DNA of 64,000 nt from Planctomycetaceae bacterium (GTDB lineage Bacteria > Planctomycetota > Planctomycetia > Planctomycetales > Planctomycetaceae), in the NCBI GenBank assembly GCA_041398865.1, contig JAWKTY010000017.1, positions 71,499 through 135,498 on the forward strand. The letters run 5' to 3'. This document shows positions 1-11,132 of the stretch, piece by piece. The notes beneath the pieces are model-generated. The model made no database searches and was not told the DNA's origin. It was given only the letters and a program-made list of their open reading frames with translations. Both the position numbers and the translations under genes were made by a program. Within the stretch, counting starts at the first letter, position 1. Each line of letters begins with the position of its first letter.

Positions 1-2
1 AC

Positions 3-3000
3 ACGGCGTACTGGCGAGGAGCACCCGTTCAGGTTTCAGGCATCTTTCTGGATGAAATGAGCAACGACTTGGCAGATGTGGGCTACTATCAGGCACTGCG
101 AGACCACATCGCAGCAAAGAGCGGCACGGCGTCCACGATCGGCAATCCGGGAACAACCTTTGTGAACGATTCCAGCAACGGTACGTCCGGGTTCACCGTC
201 GCCGACTATTCCACTGTATTCGACACGCTGGTGACATTCGAAAGCACGGGCACTGAGTACCGCACGAACTACACTCAGCCGTCCTGGGTGAACGATCTTT
301 CCGCCGACCATTTTGCTCACATCATCCATACCGAATCCACCGGCTCGGATGTGGAGATGGATCTGCAACTGGCCGTAGCTCGTAAAGCCGGAATGGTCTA
401 CATCACTCAGGATGCACTCGGCAATCCATACGATGTCCTGCCCGACTGGTGGACTTCAACTGCGACCATCACCGCAACACTTTCCGCGCCGGCGACTCAG
501 GTTGTCACGATCGATCTGGGAACATCCGGCAGTGCCACGATCACTGACGACTACACCGGATCGTCTAATCAGATCGTGATTCCGATCGGAGAAACTCAGG
601 GAACGGCCGCCGTCACCGCCGTTGATGATACGGTCGTGGAAGCCGACGAAACCATCATTATTGATGTGACATCCGTCACGAATGCTACGGAATCCGGAAC
701 GCAGCAGGTCACAACCACGATTCTGGACAACGACACGGCTGCTCTGAATATCACTCTGGATACCACGTCGATCGCGGAAACAGCCGGTACCGGAGCCATC
801 GTCGCCACAATTACCCGCAACACAGACACAACCGGCCCTCTGACCGTGACTCTGCTGACCAGCGATGGCAGCGAAGTGACCGTGCCGGTCAGCGTGGATA
901 TTCCTGCCGGTCAGTCATTTGTGACGGTTAGTCTGGATGTGATTGATGACCAGCTGCTGGACGGAACTCAGACCGTCACGATTTCGGCGACAGCTGCCGG
1001 GTTCACGGATGCGACGGATATGGTTGATGTGCGCGATGACGAATTCCTCGCCACAGACATGCTGCTGAACGAAATCGTCATCGATCCGCCGGAGGCACTG
1101 GACACCGGCAATGAATATATTGAACTTCGAGGCACCGCGAACGGATTCCTGCCGGCCGACACCTATCTGGTGCTGCTGGAAGGTGACAGCGAAAGCGGTC
1201 CCGGAAACATTGATCATGTCTTCAGTCTGGGAGGAATGAGATTTGGAAGCAACGGTTACCTGGTCCTGTTGCAGGCCGGGTCTCCATTCACACCGGATGC
1301 TGCGTCCTCGGTCGTAACGGCCACGGGTTCCGGCTGGGGGACAACGTTCTCAAGTCGCACGACAGATATCGAAAACGGCAGTGTCAGCTTTCTGCTGATC
1401 CAGTCTGCAGCAGCACCGGTCCCCGACACCGATACCGACACGAATGACGACGGAACTCTGGACGGAATCACCTGGACGATTCACGATTCAATCGGCAACA
1501 TTGACGGCGGAGCCTCAGATACGGCCTACGGCGCCATCAATGCCAGCGGAAACGGCAATGGTCTGATTCCGACCGGAGCAATTCTCGTCAATATCTCAGC
1601 TCAGCAGGGATTGAACGGTTCCTACCATCCCGACTATCTGGCTCGCATCGGCGACTCCACCGGGTCGGCTCAGACTGACTGGGTCTTCCCGGAACTCTCC
1701 GGAACGGCACCGAATTACAGCCTCGCTCACGAAGCCACAGTTCCCTACAACCTCGGCGGAGCACCTCTGAATCACCTGGGCGCCACCAACGCGTTCGTTC
1801 CGCCACAGGCCCTGTTTGTAGATATCACTCCGACTTCGTTTTCAGAAAACGGCGGCACAACGACGGCTCGAGTCTACCGGACGGCAGCAGATATTTCAGC
1901 TCCGCTGACGGTGACCCTGACCAGCAGTGACACAGGCGAAGCCACGGTTCCGGCCACCGTGACGATTGCTGCGGGCGAGTTCTTTGCGACGTTTTCTCTG
2001 GTCGCTGTGGATGATTTGATTGCTGACGGGACTCAGACGGTGACCATCACTGCATCCGCGGGAACGTTCGTGGACGGAACGGACGCGATTGATGTGACTG
2101 ATGATGAGACTCCGACTTTGACGGTGTCGATTGATCTGGCGTCAATGAGCGAAAACGGCGGGACTGCCACGGGTACGGTGACTCGCAATACGGGTTCATC
2201 CGGAGATCTGGTGGTCACTCTGTCCAGCAGTGACACCGGCGAAGCAACCGTTCCGGCCACGGTGACGATCCTTGACGGCCAGACTTCAGCGACCTTCACC
2301 ATCGCGGCGGTTGACGATGCGGTGGCAGACGGGATTCAGACAGTGACCATCACGGCGGTGGCGGCTACGTTTGCAGACGGGACGGATACGATTGATGTCA
2401 CCGACGATGAAACTCCGGCCCTGACACTGGCGATTGATCTGGCATCGATGAGCGAAAGCGGCGGGACCGCCACGGGAACGGTGACTCGGAATACGGGTTC
2501 GACGGGTGATCTGGTGGTGACTCTGTCCAGCAGTGACACCGGAGAAGCGACGGTTCCGGCCACGGTGACGATTCCGGATGGTCAGACATCAGCGACGTTC
2601 GTAATCACGGCCGTGGACGATGCCGTTCTGGATGGGACTCAGACGGTGACCATCACGGCAGCGGCGGGCGGCTTTGCTGACGGAACAGACACTGTGGATG
2701 TGACGGATGATGAAGTCGCCGCAACGGGTGTGCTGATCAATGAAATCGATTCCGACACGACCGGAACGGATGTTCTGGAGTTTGTCGAACTGTTCGGCAA
2801 TCCCCATGGGTTCCTGGACGGTTATGTTCTGGTGTTCTTCAACGGCAGCAATGACCTGTCGTATGCGGCCTTTGATCTGGACGGCTTCAAGCTGAATGCG
2901 GAAGGTTATTTCGTGGCCGGAAATACGGCCGTCACGAACGTGAATCTGGTGTTTGCGGATAACTTCCTGCAGAACGGTGCCGATGCGGTGGCTGTGTATC

Positions 3001-6000
3001 AGGCAAATGCCGCAGACTTCCCCAACGGCACAGCGGTCACCACCACAAACCTGGTCGATGCTGTCGTCTACGACACCGATGATGCGGACGACGCAGGTCT
3101 GCTGGTCCTGCTGAACGGCGGAGAACCGCAGCTGAACGAAAATGCCACAGGAGCCAAGGACACCCAGTCGCTGCAGCGTCTGCCGAACGGATCCGGTGGA
3201 GCTCGCAACACGTCAACCTATGGCCTGGCCACTCCGACGCCCGGTGCCGAAAACGCGGCTGATCCGACGCTGACGGTCACGATCGATCTGCCCGGCATCA
3301 GTGAAAACGGCGGAACAGCCACCGGCACGGTCACTCGTTCCGGAACAACCTCGGGTGATCTGGTGGTGAATCTGTCCAGCAACGATACCGGCGAAGCCAC
3401 GGTTCCGGCCACGGTCACGATTCCGGATGGTCAGACGTCGGCGACGTTCACGATTACAGCAGTTGATGATGCGGTGGTGGATGGAACTCAGACCGTCACG
3501 ATCACGGCGGCGTCAGCAACCTTTGTGGACGGGACGGACACCATTGATGTGACCGATGATGATGTCGCCACGCTGACGCTGTCGATTGACCTGGCGTCAA
3601 TCAGCGAAAACGGCGGGACCGCCACGGGTACGGTCACTCGCAATACGAGTTCATCCGGTGATCTGGTGGTGAATCTGTCCAGCAACAATACCGGAGAAGC
3701 GACGGTTCCGGCCACGGTCACGATTCTCGACGGTCAGACATCTGCAACGTTACCATCACCGCGGTTGATGACTCGGTGGTGGATGGCACTCAGACCGTGA
3801 CGATCACCGCGGCGTCCGCCGGCTTCGTTGACGGCAGCAGTTCCGTGGATGTGACGGACGATGATGTTGCCACGCTGACGCTGTCGATTGACCTGGCGTC
3901 CATGAGCGAAAACGGCGGGACCGCGACGGGCACGGTGACACGGAATACAGGGTCCTCCGGTGACTTGGTTGTCACTCTGTCCAGCAATGACGCCAGCGAA
4001 GCCACAGTTCCGGCGACGGTGACGATTCCGGACGGTCAGACATCGGCGACGTTTACCATCACAGCTGTTGACGATGCGGTGGTGGATGGAACTCAGACCG
4101 TGACGATCACGGCGGCGTCCGGAGTCTTCGTGGATGGAACGGATACGATTGATGTGACCGATGATGATGTTGCCACGCTGACGCTGTCGATTGACCTGGC
4201 GTCGATGAGCGAAAACGGCGGGACCGCCACGGGCACCGTGACTCGCAATACGGGGTCCTCCGGCGACTTAGTGGTCACTCTGTCCAGCAATGACACCAGC
4301 GAAGCCACAGTTCCGGCGACGGTGACGATTCCGGACGGTCAGACATCGGCGACGTTTACCATCACAGCTGTTGACGATGCGGTGGTGGATGGAACTCAGA
4401 CCGTGACGATCACGGCGGCGTCCGGAGTCTTCGTGGATGGAACGGATACGATTGATGTGACCGATGATGATGTTGCCACGCTGACGCTGTCGATTGACCT
4501 GGCGTCGATGAGCGAAAACGGCGGGACCGCCACGGGCACCGTGACTCGCAATACGGGGTCCTCCGGCGACTTAGTGGTCACTCTGTCCAGCAATGACACC
4601 AGCGAAGCCACGGTTCCGGCGACCGTCACGATTCTCGATGGCCAGACATCGGCAACGTTCACGATCACCGCGGTTGACGATGCGGTGGTGGATGGAACTC
4701 AGGCCGTGACGATCACGGCGGCGTCCGGAGTCTTCGTGGATGGAACGGATACGATTGATGTGACCGATGATGATGTCGCCACGCTGACGCTGTCGATTGA
4801 CCTGGCGTCGATGAGCGAAAACGGCGGGACCGCCACGGGTACGGTGACTCGGAATACAGGGGCGACCGGCGACTTGGTGGTGAACCTGTCCAGCAACGAT
4901 ACCGGCGAAGCGACGGTTCCGGTGACGGTCACGATTCTCGACGGCCAGACATCCGCGACGTTCACAATCACCGCGGTTGACGATGCAGTGGTGGATGGCA
5001 CTCAGACTGTCACGATCACCGCGGCGGCCGGAGTCTTCGTGGATGGAACGGATACGATTGATGTGACGGATGACGAAACTCCCACGCTGACGCTGTCGAT
5101 TGATCTGGCGTCAATGAGCGAAAATGGTGGGACCGCGACGGGCACGGTCACTCGGAATACGGGCTCGACGGGCGATCTGGTGGTGACTCTGTCCAGCAAT
5201 GACACCAGCGAAGCCACGGTTCCGGCCACGGTGACGATTCTTGACGGCCAGACGTCAGCGACTTTCACGATCACCGCGGTTGATGATGCCGTGGTGGATG
5301 GAACTCAGACGGTGTCCATTACCGCAGCAGCCGCTACATTCGCCGACGGAACCGACAGCATTGATGTGACTGATGATGAAGTTGCGACACTGACTTTGAC
5401 TTTCGATTCGATCTCGATCAGTGAGAATGGTGGGATCGCCACGGGAACGGTGACTCGGAATACCGGTACCTCCGGTGCGCTGGTGGTCAGTCTGTTCGTG
5501 GATGATGGCTCCGAGGCCACTGTGCCTGTGAGTGTCTCAATTCCTGATGGCAGTGCCTCAGCGACATTCTCGGTCACGGGGCTCAATGATTCTATTGTCG
5601 ATGGAACTCAGGTCGTGACGGTTCGAGCCGAAGCGGCGGGACTTGTGGCAGCAGAGGCGACTCTGGACGTAACGGATGTCGATTCCGCGAAGGTCAGCAT
5701 CGCCGGCATTCAGAATGCCCATGAACTTGGGCCTCAGAATGGCCGCTTCATGGTCTCGCTGTCCAGGGCTGCCGAACAGGACGTCGTCGTCAGTTACACG
5801 GTGAATGGCACAGCAACCAGCGGTGTTGACTTTACGGTGTTGAGTGGTCAGGTGACGATTTCCGGCGGTCAACTGTCAGCTCTGATTGATGTTCAGGTCA
5901 TTGATGACTTTTTCGCTGAGATCACGGAAACCGTCAATCTGACTCTGGGAACGGTCACCGCAGTCGGAGATGTTTCACTGGAAGAGACTCAAGAGTCGGC

Positions 6001-6934
6001 TGGCATCCTGCTGTTGAACGACGACCTGAATGCAATCGACGTCAGTCCGGCCACGGTGACGGTCTCGGAAAACGGTACCACGGCAACATTCAGCGTTAGG
6101 CTGAAGGCACAGCCAACAGCCAACGTCGTTGTTCAGGTGAACAGCAGCGACGTGGGCGAAGCAGCAGTCTCCACCGCGACACTCACCTTCACCCCGGCCA
6201 ACTGGAACGTGGCTCAGACGGTAACCGTGACCGGGATTGATGACGCTGTGGTGGACGGAGCTCAGAATACGGACATCGTGCTCACAGTTGATGGCCCGTC
6301 GTCTGCTGTCGAATTCCGGAACGCCCCGGCGGCCATTGTGAACGTTATCACGGAAGATAATGACGCCGCCGGAACAGCGAGGCTGGACGATATCACGTTT
6401 TACAATGTTGATGCGGTTCTGGAAGACGGGCTGAGTCCCGACAGGACCGGCCAAAGGTCAATCATTCGACATGTTCAGGTGGTCCTTGACGGGCTGGTAA
6501 CGATCCCAACCGGCCCGGTCACGGACGGCACGTTTGTCGTGACCAATACAACGCTGGGCACCACGATTGGCCTGACCGTCACATCGTCGTCTCAGGTCGG
6601 AAATCGCACCATTGTGGTGCTGTCCTTCACCAGCGGGACAGATCCGCTGGCCGTCGGGTCGCTGGCTGATGGTCGGTACCGGCTGGACATTGACGGCGGC
6701 TCTCTGTTCGACGCTGATAATTCGGGAACCGTTGGCGGGCTCCGAAGTGTGCAGTTCCATCGTTTTTATGGTGACGCCGATGGCGACGGAGACGTGGACA
6801 ACGGCGACTACGGTCGATTACTGCAGGCTGCATCCGGAAACGTTGCCTTCAGATCAGCCTTTGACCGCGACGATGACAACGACCTGTTTGACGAGCTTCT
6901 TGGGTTCAAGGCTCATTACGGAAAGAGAATCTGA
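3..6934 (+). CDS. Giant extracellular/surface repeat protein (spherulin-4/GH135-like domain, Calx-beta-like repeats, two lamin-tail-like domains, C-terminal dockerin-like motif); 5' end outside window; split by a 1-bp frameshift at ~3750
   Basis: Frame of ORF 57..3800 is open back to position 3 (TAYWRGAPVQVSGIFLDEM). ORFs 57..3800 and 3776..6934 carry the same ~101-aa repeat. At 3744-3754 gca acg tt acc lacks one base relative to the other repeats (ATFTIT). Ends FHRFYGDADGDGDVDNGD...AFDRDDDND...HYGKRI. Confidence 0.88.
3265..5690 (+). repeat. Intragenic tandem array of ~303-bp (101-aa) Calx-beta-like units
   Basis: Unit TLTLSIDLASMSENGGTATGTVTRNTG...DDAVVDGTQTVTITAA...DVTDDD recurs every 303 nt (compare lines 4081 and 4381, offset 303). 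Further copies occur upstream at ~730-1040 and ~1810-2715. Confidence 0.95.
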
Positions 6935-7118
6935 AACCGGCGGGTATGTGAGCCGTGCGGGTTTCCGACAGCCCGAGGCCTGAGAAACCTTTCCGGTTTC
7001 GATCAAATGAGTGAAAAATGATTTACCCCGATCCGACGCCGCGGGACACTGGTGATTCCGTGGCACGGTCATCAGTCCCTTTGATCCACCACAACAGTCA
7101 ACCTTGAAGACTTCCCCT

Positions 7119-7823
7119 ATGAAACTCCAACTTTCCTGTTGCATGGTTCTGGTCTGTGCGCTGGTCAATGCCGTTCAGGCGGACCTTGTGCTTGACCTGC
7201 GACTCGATGATGGCACCCGAGCCCGCAATGTGGCCTCTGGGGGCAGTGCATTCGTGGATCTGTTTCTGGTGGACACGGACGGAACTTCCTCGGTGTCGAG
7301 CAGCGGTGGTCTGATCGGCGGCGGCGGGAAGCTGCTTGCCACGGGCTCCGCCTCGGGATCGGCAGCGTTGTCGTTCGCCAACCCCGGATTCGACTTTATT
7401 GTTGACTCACCTGTTCTGGGCCTGACGGATCCAGGCATCGCTTCCGTTCAGGCAGCTGCCTTCCTCTTCCCCGCGCCTGCTTTCGCTCCGGGGGCCGGTG
7501 TCACGTCACTCGCCGGACTTGGTGCAATGGAAGTGTTTCTTGGAAGGTTTGCGGTCACAGCGACTGGCGGTTTGGGAGACACATTGACGTTGACCCCTGA
7601 TCGCCTCGTCGACTTCAACGGAAATACAGATGGGCTGGGAGACCCCCTCGACGGACTGGCTTCCTTCATCAATTCGTCAGCAACGGAATCGGTGGTTCTG
7701 ACCGTCGACGCAGCGGCTGTTCCGGAGCCATCGACTCTGCTGGTCGCCACGCTGTTGGGTGTGGGTTATGTCAGCCGTCGCCGGCTCGGTTCGCTGCGGA
7801 CGCAGGAAACTGCCGTTTCGTGA
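7119..7823 (+). CDS. PEP-CTERM sorting-domain protein
   Basis: N-terminal signal peptide (MKLQLSCCMVLVCALVNAVQA); C-terminal VPEPSTLLVATLLGVGYVSRRR (PEP + transmembrane helix + basic tail). Confidence 0.93.
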   Translation: MKLQLSCCMVLVCALVNAVQADLVLDLRLDDGTRARNVASGGSAFVDLFLVDTDGTSSVSSSGGLIGGGGKLLATGSASGSAALSFANPGFDFIVDSPVLGLTDPGIASVQAAAFLFPAPAFAPGAGVTSLAGLGAMEVFLGRFAVTATGGLGDTLTLTPDRLVDFNGNTDGLGDPLDGLASFINSSATESVVLTVDAAAVPEPSTLLVATLLGVGYVSRRRLGSLRTQETAVS

Positions 7824-7836
7824 TGTCGCGTGATTC

Positions 7837-9588
7837 ATGAACAGTTCCTTCCTGACGAAACACTGGCGCTGGTGGCTGCTGTTTGCGGCGGCCGCGCTGG
7901 CCTATTCGGGAATGCTGTTCGAATACGGTGCCCGGCTGTGGGCGAAAGACTATTTCCGGTTCTATCCGGTCTACGTGATTGCCGTCCTGTATTTGACGTT
8001 CAGTCGCAGTCAGGAGGACGAATGGCCGGAACGATTCACATGGAGAATCCAGCCGCTCACCTTGGGCCTGGGACTCCTTTCCCTGGCAGCATCCACCTGG
8101 TTCTGGTCGCCGCTGCTGGCGGCGGTTTCGCTGTTGCTGACCGGTGATTCACTTCTCAGCTCCCTCCCGAACGCTCGGCGAAGCTGGCGGCTGCTGTTCC
8201 TTCTGATCGCTCTGCCACTGGGTATGGACGAACGGCTGGTCCTGGAACTCAGACTGGCTTCGTCGTCGGCGGCCAGCCTCCTGCTCGACCGAATCGACGT
8301 CCCGCATGTTGCTCGCGGCAATGTTCTTCAGCTGCCGGGCCGACAGCTGTTTGTTGAGGATGCCTGCAGCGGCATCAGTTCGGTCTACCTCCTGCTGGCG
8401 TCGACAGCGCTGGTCGTCGTGGGAGCTCGCATGAGAATGGTCCGAGCAGTCCCGCTGCTGGCTTCGGCTGTCTGGTGGGCTGGTGTTGCGAATGTGTTGA
8501 GAATCGTGGCCATCGTTCTGGCCGACCATTTTCTGAAGATCGATCTCACGACGGGATGGCAGCACGAAGCCGTCGGAATTGGTGTTCTGCTGCTGGCTCT
8601 GCTGGGAATCGGCAGCACATGGTGTTTTCTGAATCTGCTGACGTCTGCCGTGAATAATGACAAAGTCGATGCGCAGTCCGGCTCGCTGAATCTTACTCCT
8701 GCAATCCTGTGGAATGTCATCACGACAGAAAACCAGGCAATCCTGCAGGGTCTGCAGTCGAACGGGTTTTCCGTCCGGACCAGTCGTTCATTTTTGCTGA
8801 CAGCGCTGACCCTGCTGATGTTGGTTTACGGTCATATATACTGGCTGGCCGTAGCTCGAGCCAGCGGGCTGCTGACTCAGTCGTCTCCTTCGGTTTCCGA
8901 CCGCTCAGTTCCTTCCACCGAGTCACCTGTCGAACTGAACAGCTTCGACCAGAATTCCTTCGCTCAGCTTCCCGAAATCAGCGTCACAGATTTTCAGCGC
9001 TCGCTGGTGTCGGCAGCCGACTCATCCCGATCTGTTCATGCCGTGAAATGGTCTCTGACAACTTCACAGGGGCCGTGTCGGGTCACGTTGTCGGGGCCGT
9101 TTTCCGGATGGAACGACGTGAGCAGTTCCTACCGGGCCGCTGGCTTTGGACTTCAGTATTCGGAGGTGGATTTCGTTCCTGGACAGGTCCCGTTGAAAGC
9201 GCTGATGTCATCGCAGCTGTCGAATCCCGAAGGAATTTACTCGGATGTCCATTTTTGCTTTGTGTCGCATACCGGCGACCTGAAGACCGCGCACGTCGCT
9301 GACACGGGCACCGGTCTGCGAGACCAGATTGCGGCAAGGCTGGAACAGAATCTGGCTCCGGACAGGACCGGAGTGTGGTGGTGCCTGGAACTGAGCTCGG
9401 AACATCACACGGCTGTCCTGGAATCGGAATTCCGCGGGCGGAAACAACTGTTCGGTGACCTGCTGAAGGTGATCGTGCGGCAATGGAAGACCGATCAGCG
9501 CCGATCGGGCGAAACTTCTGCAGCGCCTGTCGCCGACGAGTTCCCTCAAACGGATCCGGGGCAGGTTCAGCAGGAGGCGACTCAGTGA
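7837..9588 (+). CDS. Exosortase (EpsH/archaeosortase family) with C-terminal extension
   Basis: Multi-TM N-terminal half with VEDACSGISS (catalytic Cys), ANVLRI (Arg) and WQHEAVG (His); directly follows a PEP-CTERM gene. Confidence 0.9.
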   Translation: MNSSFLTKHWRWWLLFAAAALAYSGMLFEYGARLWAKDYFRFYPVYVIAVLYLTFSRSQEDEWPERFTWRIQPLTLGLGLLSLAASTWFWSPLLAAVSLLLTGDSLLSSLPNARRSWRLLFLLIALPLGMDERLVLELRLASSSAASLLLDRIDVPHVARGNVLQLPGRQLFVEDACSGISSVYLLLASTALVVVGARMRMVRAVPLLASAVWWAGVANVLRIVAIVLADHFLKIDLTTGWQHEAVGIGVLLLALLGIGSTWCFLNLLTSAVNNDKVDAQSGSLNLTPAILWNVITTENQAILQGLQSNGFSVRTSRSFLLTALTLLMLVYGHIYWLAVARASGLLTQSSPSVSDRSVPSTESPVELNSFDQNSFAQLPEISVTDFQRSLVSAADSSRSVHAVKWSLTTSQGPCRVTLSGPFSGWNDVSSSYRAAGFGLQYSEVDFVPGQVPLKALMSSQLSNPEGIYSDVHFCFVSHTGDLKTAHVADTGTGLRDQIAARLEQNLAPDRTGVWWCLELSSEHHTAVLESEFRGRKQLFGDLLKVIVRQWKTDQRRSGETSAAPVADEFPQTDPGQVQQEATQ

Positions 9589-11132
9589 TTCGTTATCTGC
9601 TGACATTCAAGCTGTCGATTCGAGCTGCACTTCGGGGTCTGCCGGATTTCATTGCGGCGTACATGCGCAGCCGCCGCTTGCGGATGATTCTGCCTGCTCT
9701 GCCTGCCGTTCTGCTGACCGGGTTTCTGCTCAGCACCCTGCACCACTCGTCGGCTCCGGAATGGCGCAGCGAACTGCAGCAGAGGTTTGACGACCGCTGC
9801 AGGCAGGCACTGGCGGACGGAGATCTGAAGTCCGCGGAATTCAGTTTCTCCCGGCTGATGTCGATGACGAATGATCCCGTCCGGCAGACCTTCAATTTTG
9901 CGTCTCAATTGTACGAGCAGTCCCGGATTTCCCGGGAACCGTCCCTGACGTGGACAACGGCAGATCCGGACTTCGCGGTTCAGGATCCATGGGGACACCG
10001 CGCGCTCAGTCTGCTGCAGTCGATTGCTCCTCGACAGGGCACGCTGCCCGGTCATCCGGAGGCTCATCTGCTGCTGGCCGAACACTGGCAGTCACGTCAG
10101 CCGGAAACAGCCGTCACCAGACTTCACGTGCTGCAGCATCGTTATCGAGGCCGCCCCGGGGACACCGCATCGGCACTTGAATTGGCTCGATTCCTGTCCG
10201 AGCATCAATATCACCAGCACGCGGTGGAAGTCCTGCTTCCGCTGCAGCAGGAGAACGCTCAGGTCCAGCTTGCACTGGTGGCCGGCTACAATCGATTGCA
10301 GGATCATCGAACCGCCAGACGCTTTCTGAAGTCGGCAATTGACCTGCTGCAGCGGCAGATCGACGAGGTACCTCAGGACGCAGCAGTCCGAATCAGACTC
10401 AGTCAGGCTCTGGCCGCTGATGATCAGCTGCTGACTTCGATGCTGGTGCTGGCCGAAGGCTGTCGAACGTCGGGCCATGAAAACCTGGCGGATCTGCTGA
10501 TTGAACGATACTCGATCTGGCTGTCTCTGATGTCACCTCAGAAGGTGCGCCGTCAGCTGAACGACATCCAGCTGGCCCTACATCCTCAGCAGCCGACTCC
10601 TGCAGATTCGGAATCCTACCCGCTGCGGACACTGACGTTGTCCGGTGGAGTTTCCGTTGAGCTGCCGGAGCCGATTGAGCAGTTTCATCAGGCACTCATC
10701 AATGGCGAAGGTCGCTGGCTGGTTCCGCTGCTGCTTGGGACTGACCACGCTTCGCTGGGTGAATACGAAACGGCAGTTGAGCTGCTGACCGAAGCGATCC
10801 GGGAAAAACCGGACCATCCGGTCGCAGCGAACAATCTGGCATGGACGCTCCTGCAGCTGCACTCAACGTCTGACCGAAAGCACCTTCCCGCCGACAGGGA
10901 TGATCGGCGGAAACTGGAGACAGCATGGCAGTACGCGAACATCGCTGTTGCGGAATGTCCGGGCCGAGTCTCCTTCCGGGAAACTCGAGGGATGGTCGCA
11001 GCAGCCACAGGACACTGGCAGGTGGCGTTCAATGATCTGCAGACCTGTTCGGATGCCGGAATGCAGTCTGTGGAAGTTCAAACCCGCCTCACTCAGGCAT
11101 GGCGAAACTCGGCAACGATGTTCAAAGAGTAA
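9585..11132 (+). CDS. TPR-repeat protein with N-terminal membrane anchor
   Basis: GTG start overlapping the exosortase TGA (GTGA at 9585-9588) with GGAGG upstream; TPR-like AVELLTEAIREKPDHPVAANNLAWTLL and FRETRGMV motifs. Confidence 0.8.
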   Translation: MIRYLLTFKLSIRAALRGLPDFIAAYMRSRRLRMILPALPAVLLTGFLLSTLHHSSAPEWRSELQQRFDDRCRQALADGDLKSAEFSFSRLMSMTNDPVRQTFNFASQLYEQSRISREPSLTWTTADPDFAVQDPWGHRALSLLQSIAPRQGTLPGHPEAHLLLAEHWQSRQPETAVTRLHVLQHRYRGRPGDTASALELARFLSEHQYHQHAVEVLLPLQQENAQVQLALVAGYNRLQDHRTARRFLKSAIDLLQRQIDEVPQDAAVRIRLSQALAADDQLLTSMLVLAEGCRTSGHENLADLLIERYSIWLSLMSPQKVRRQLNDIQLALHPQQPTPADSESYPLRTLTLSGGVSVELPEPIEQFHQALINGEGRWLVPLLLGTDHASLGEYETAVELLTEAIREKPDHPVAANNLAWTLLQLHSTSDRKHLPADRDDRRKLETAWQYANIAVAECPGRVSFRETRGMVAAATGHWQVAFNDLQTCSDAGMQSVEVQTRLTQAWRNSATMFKE

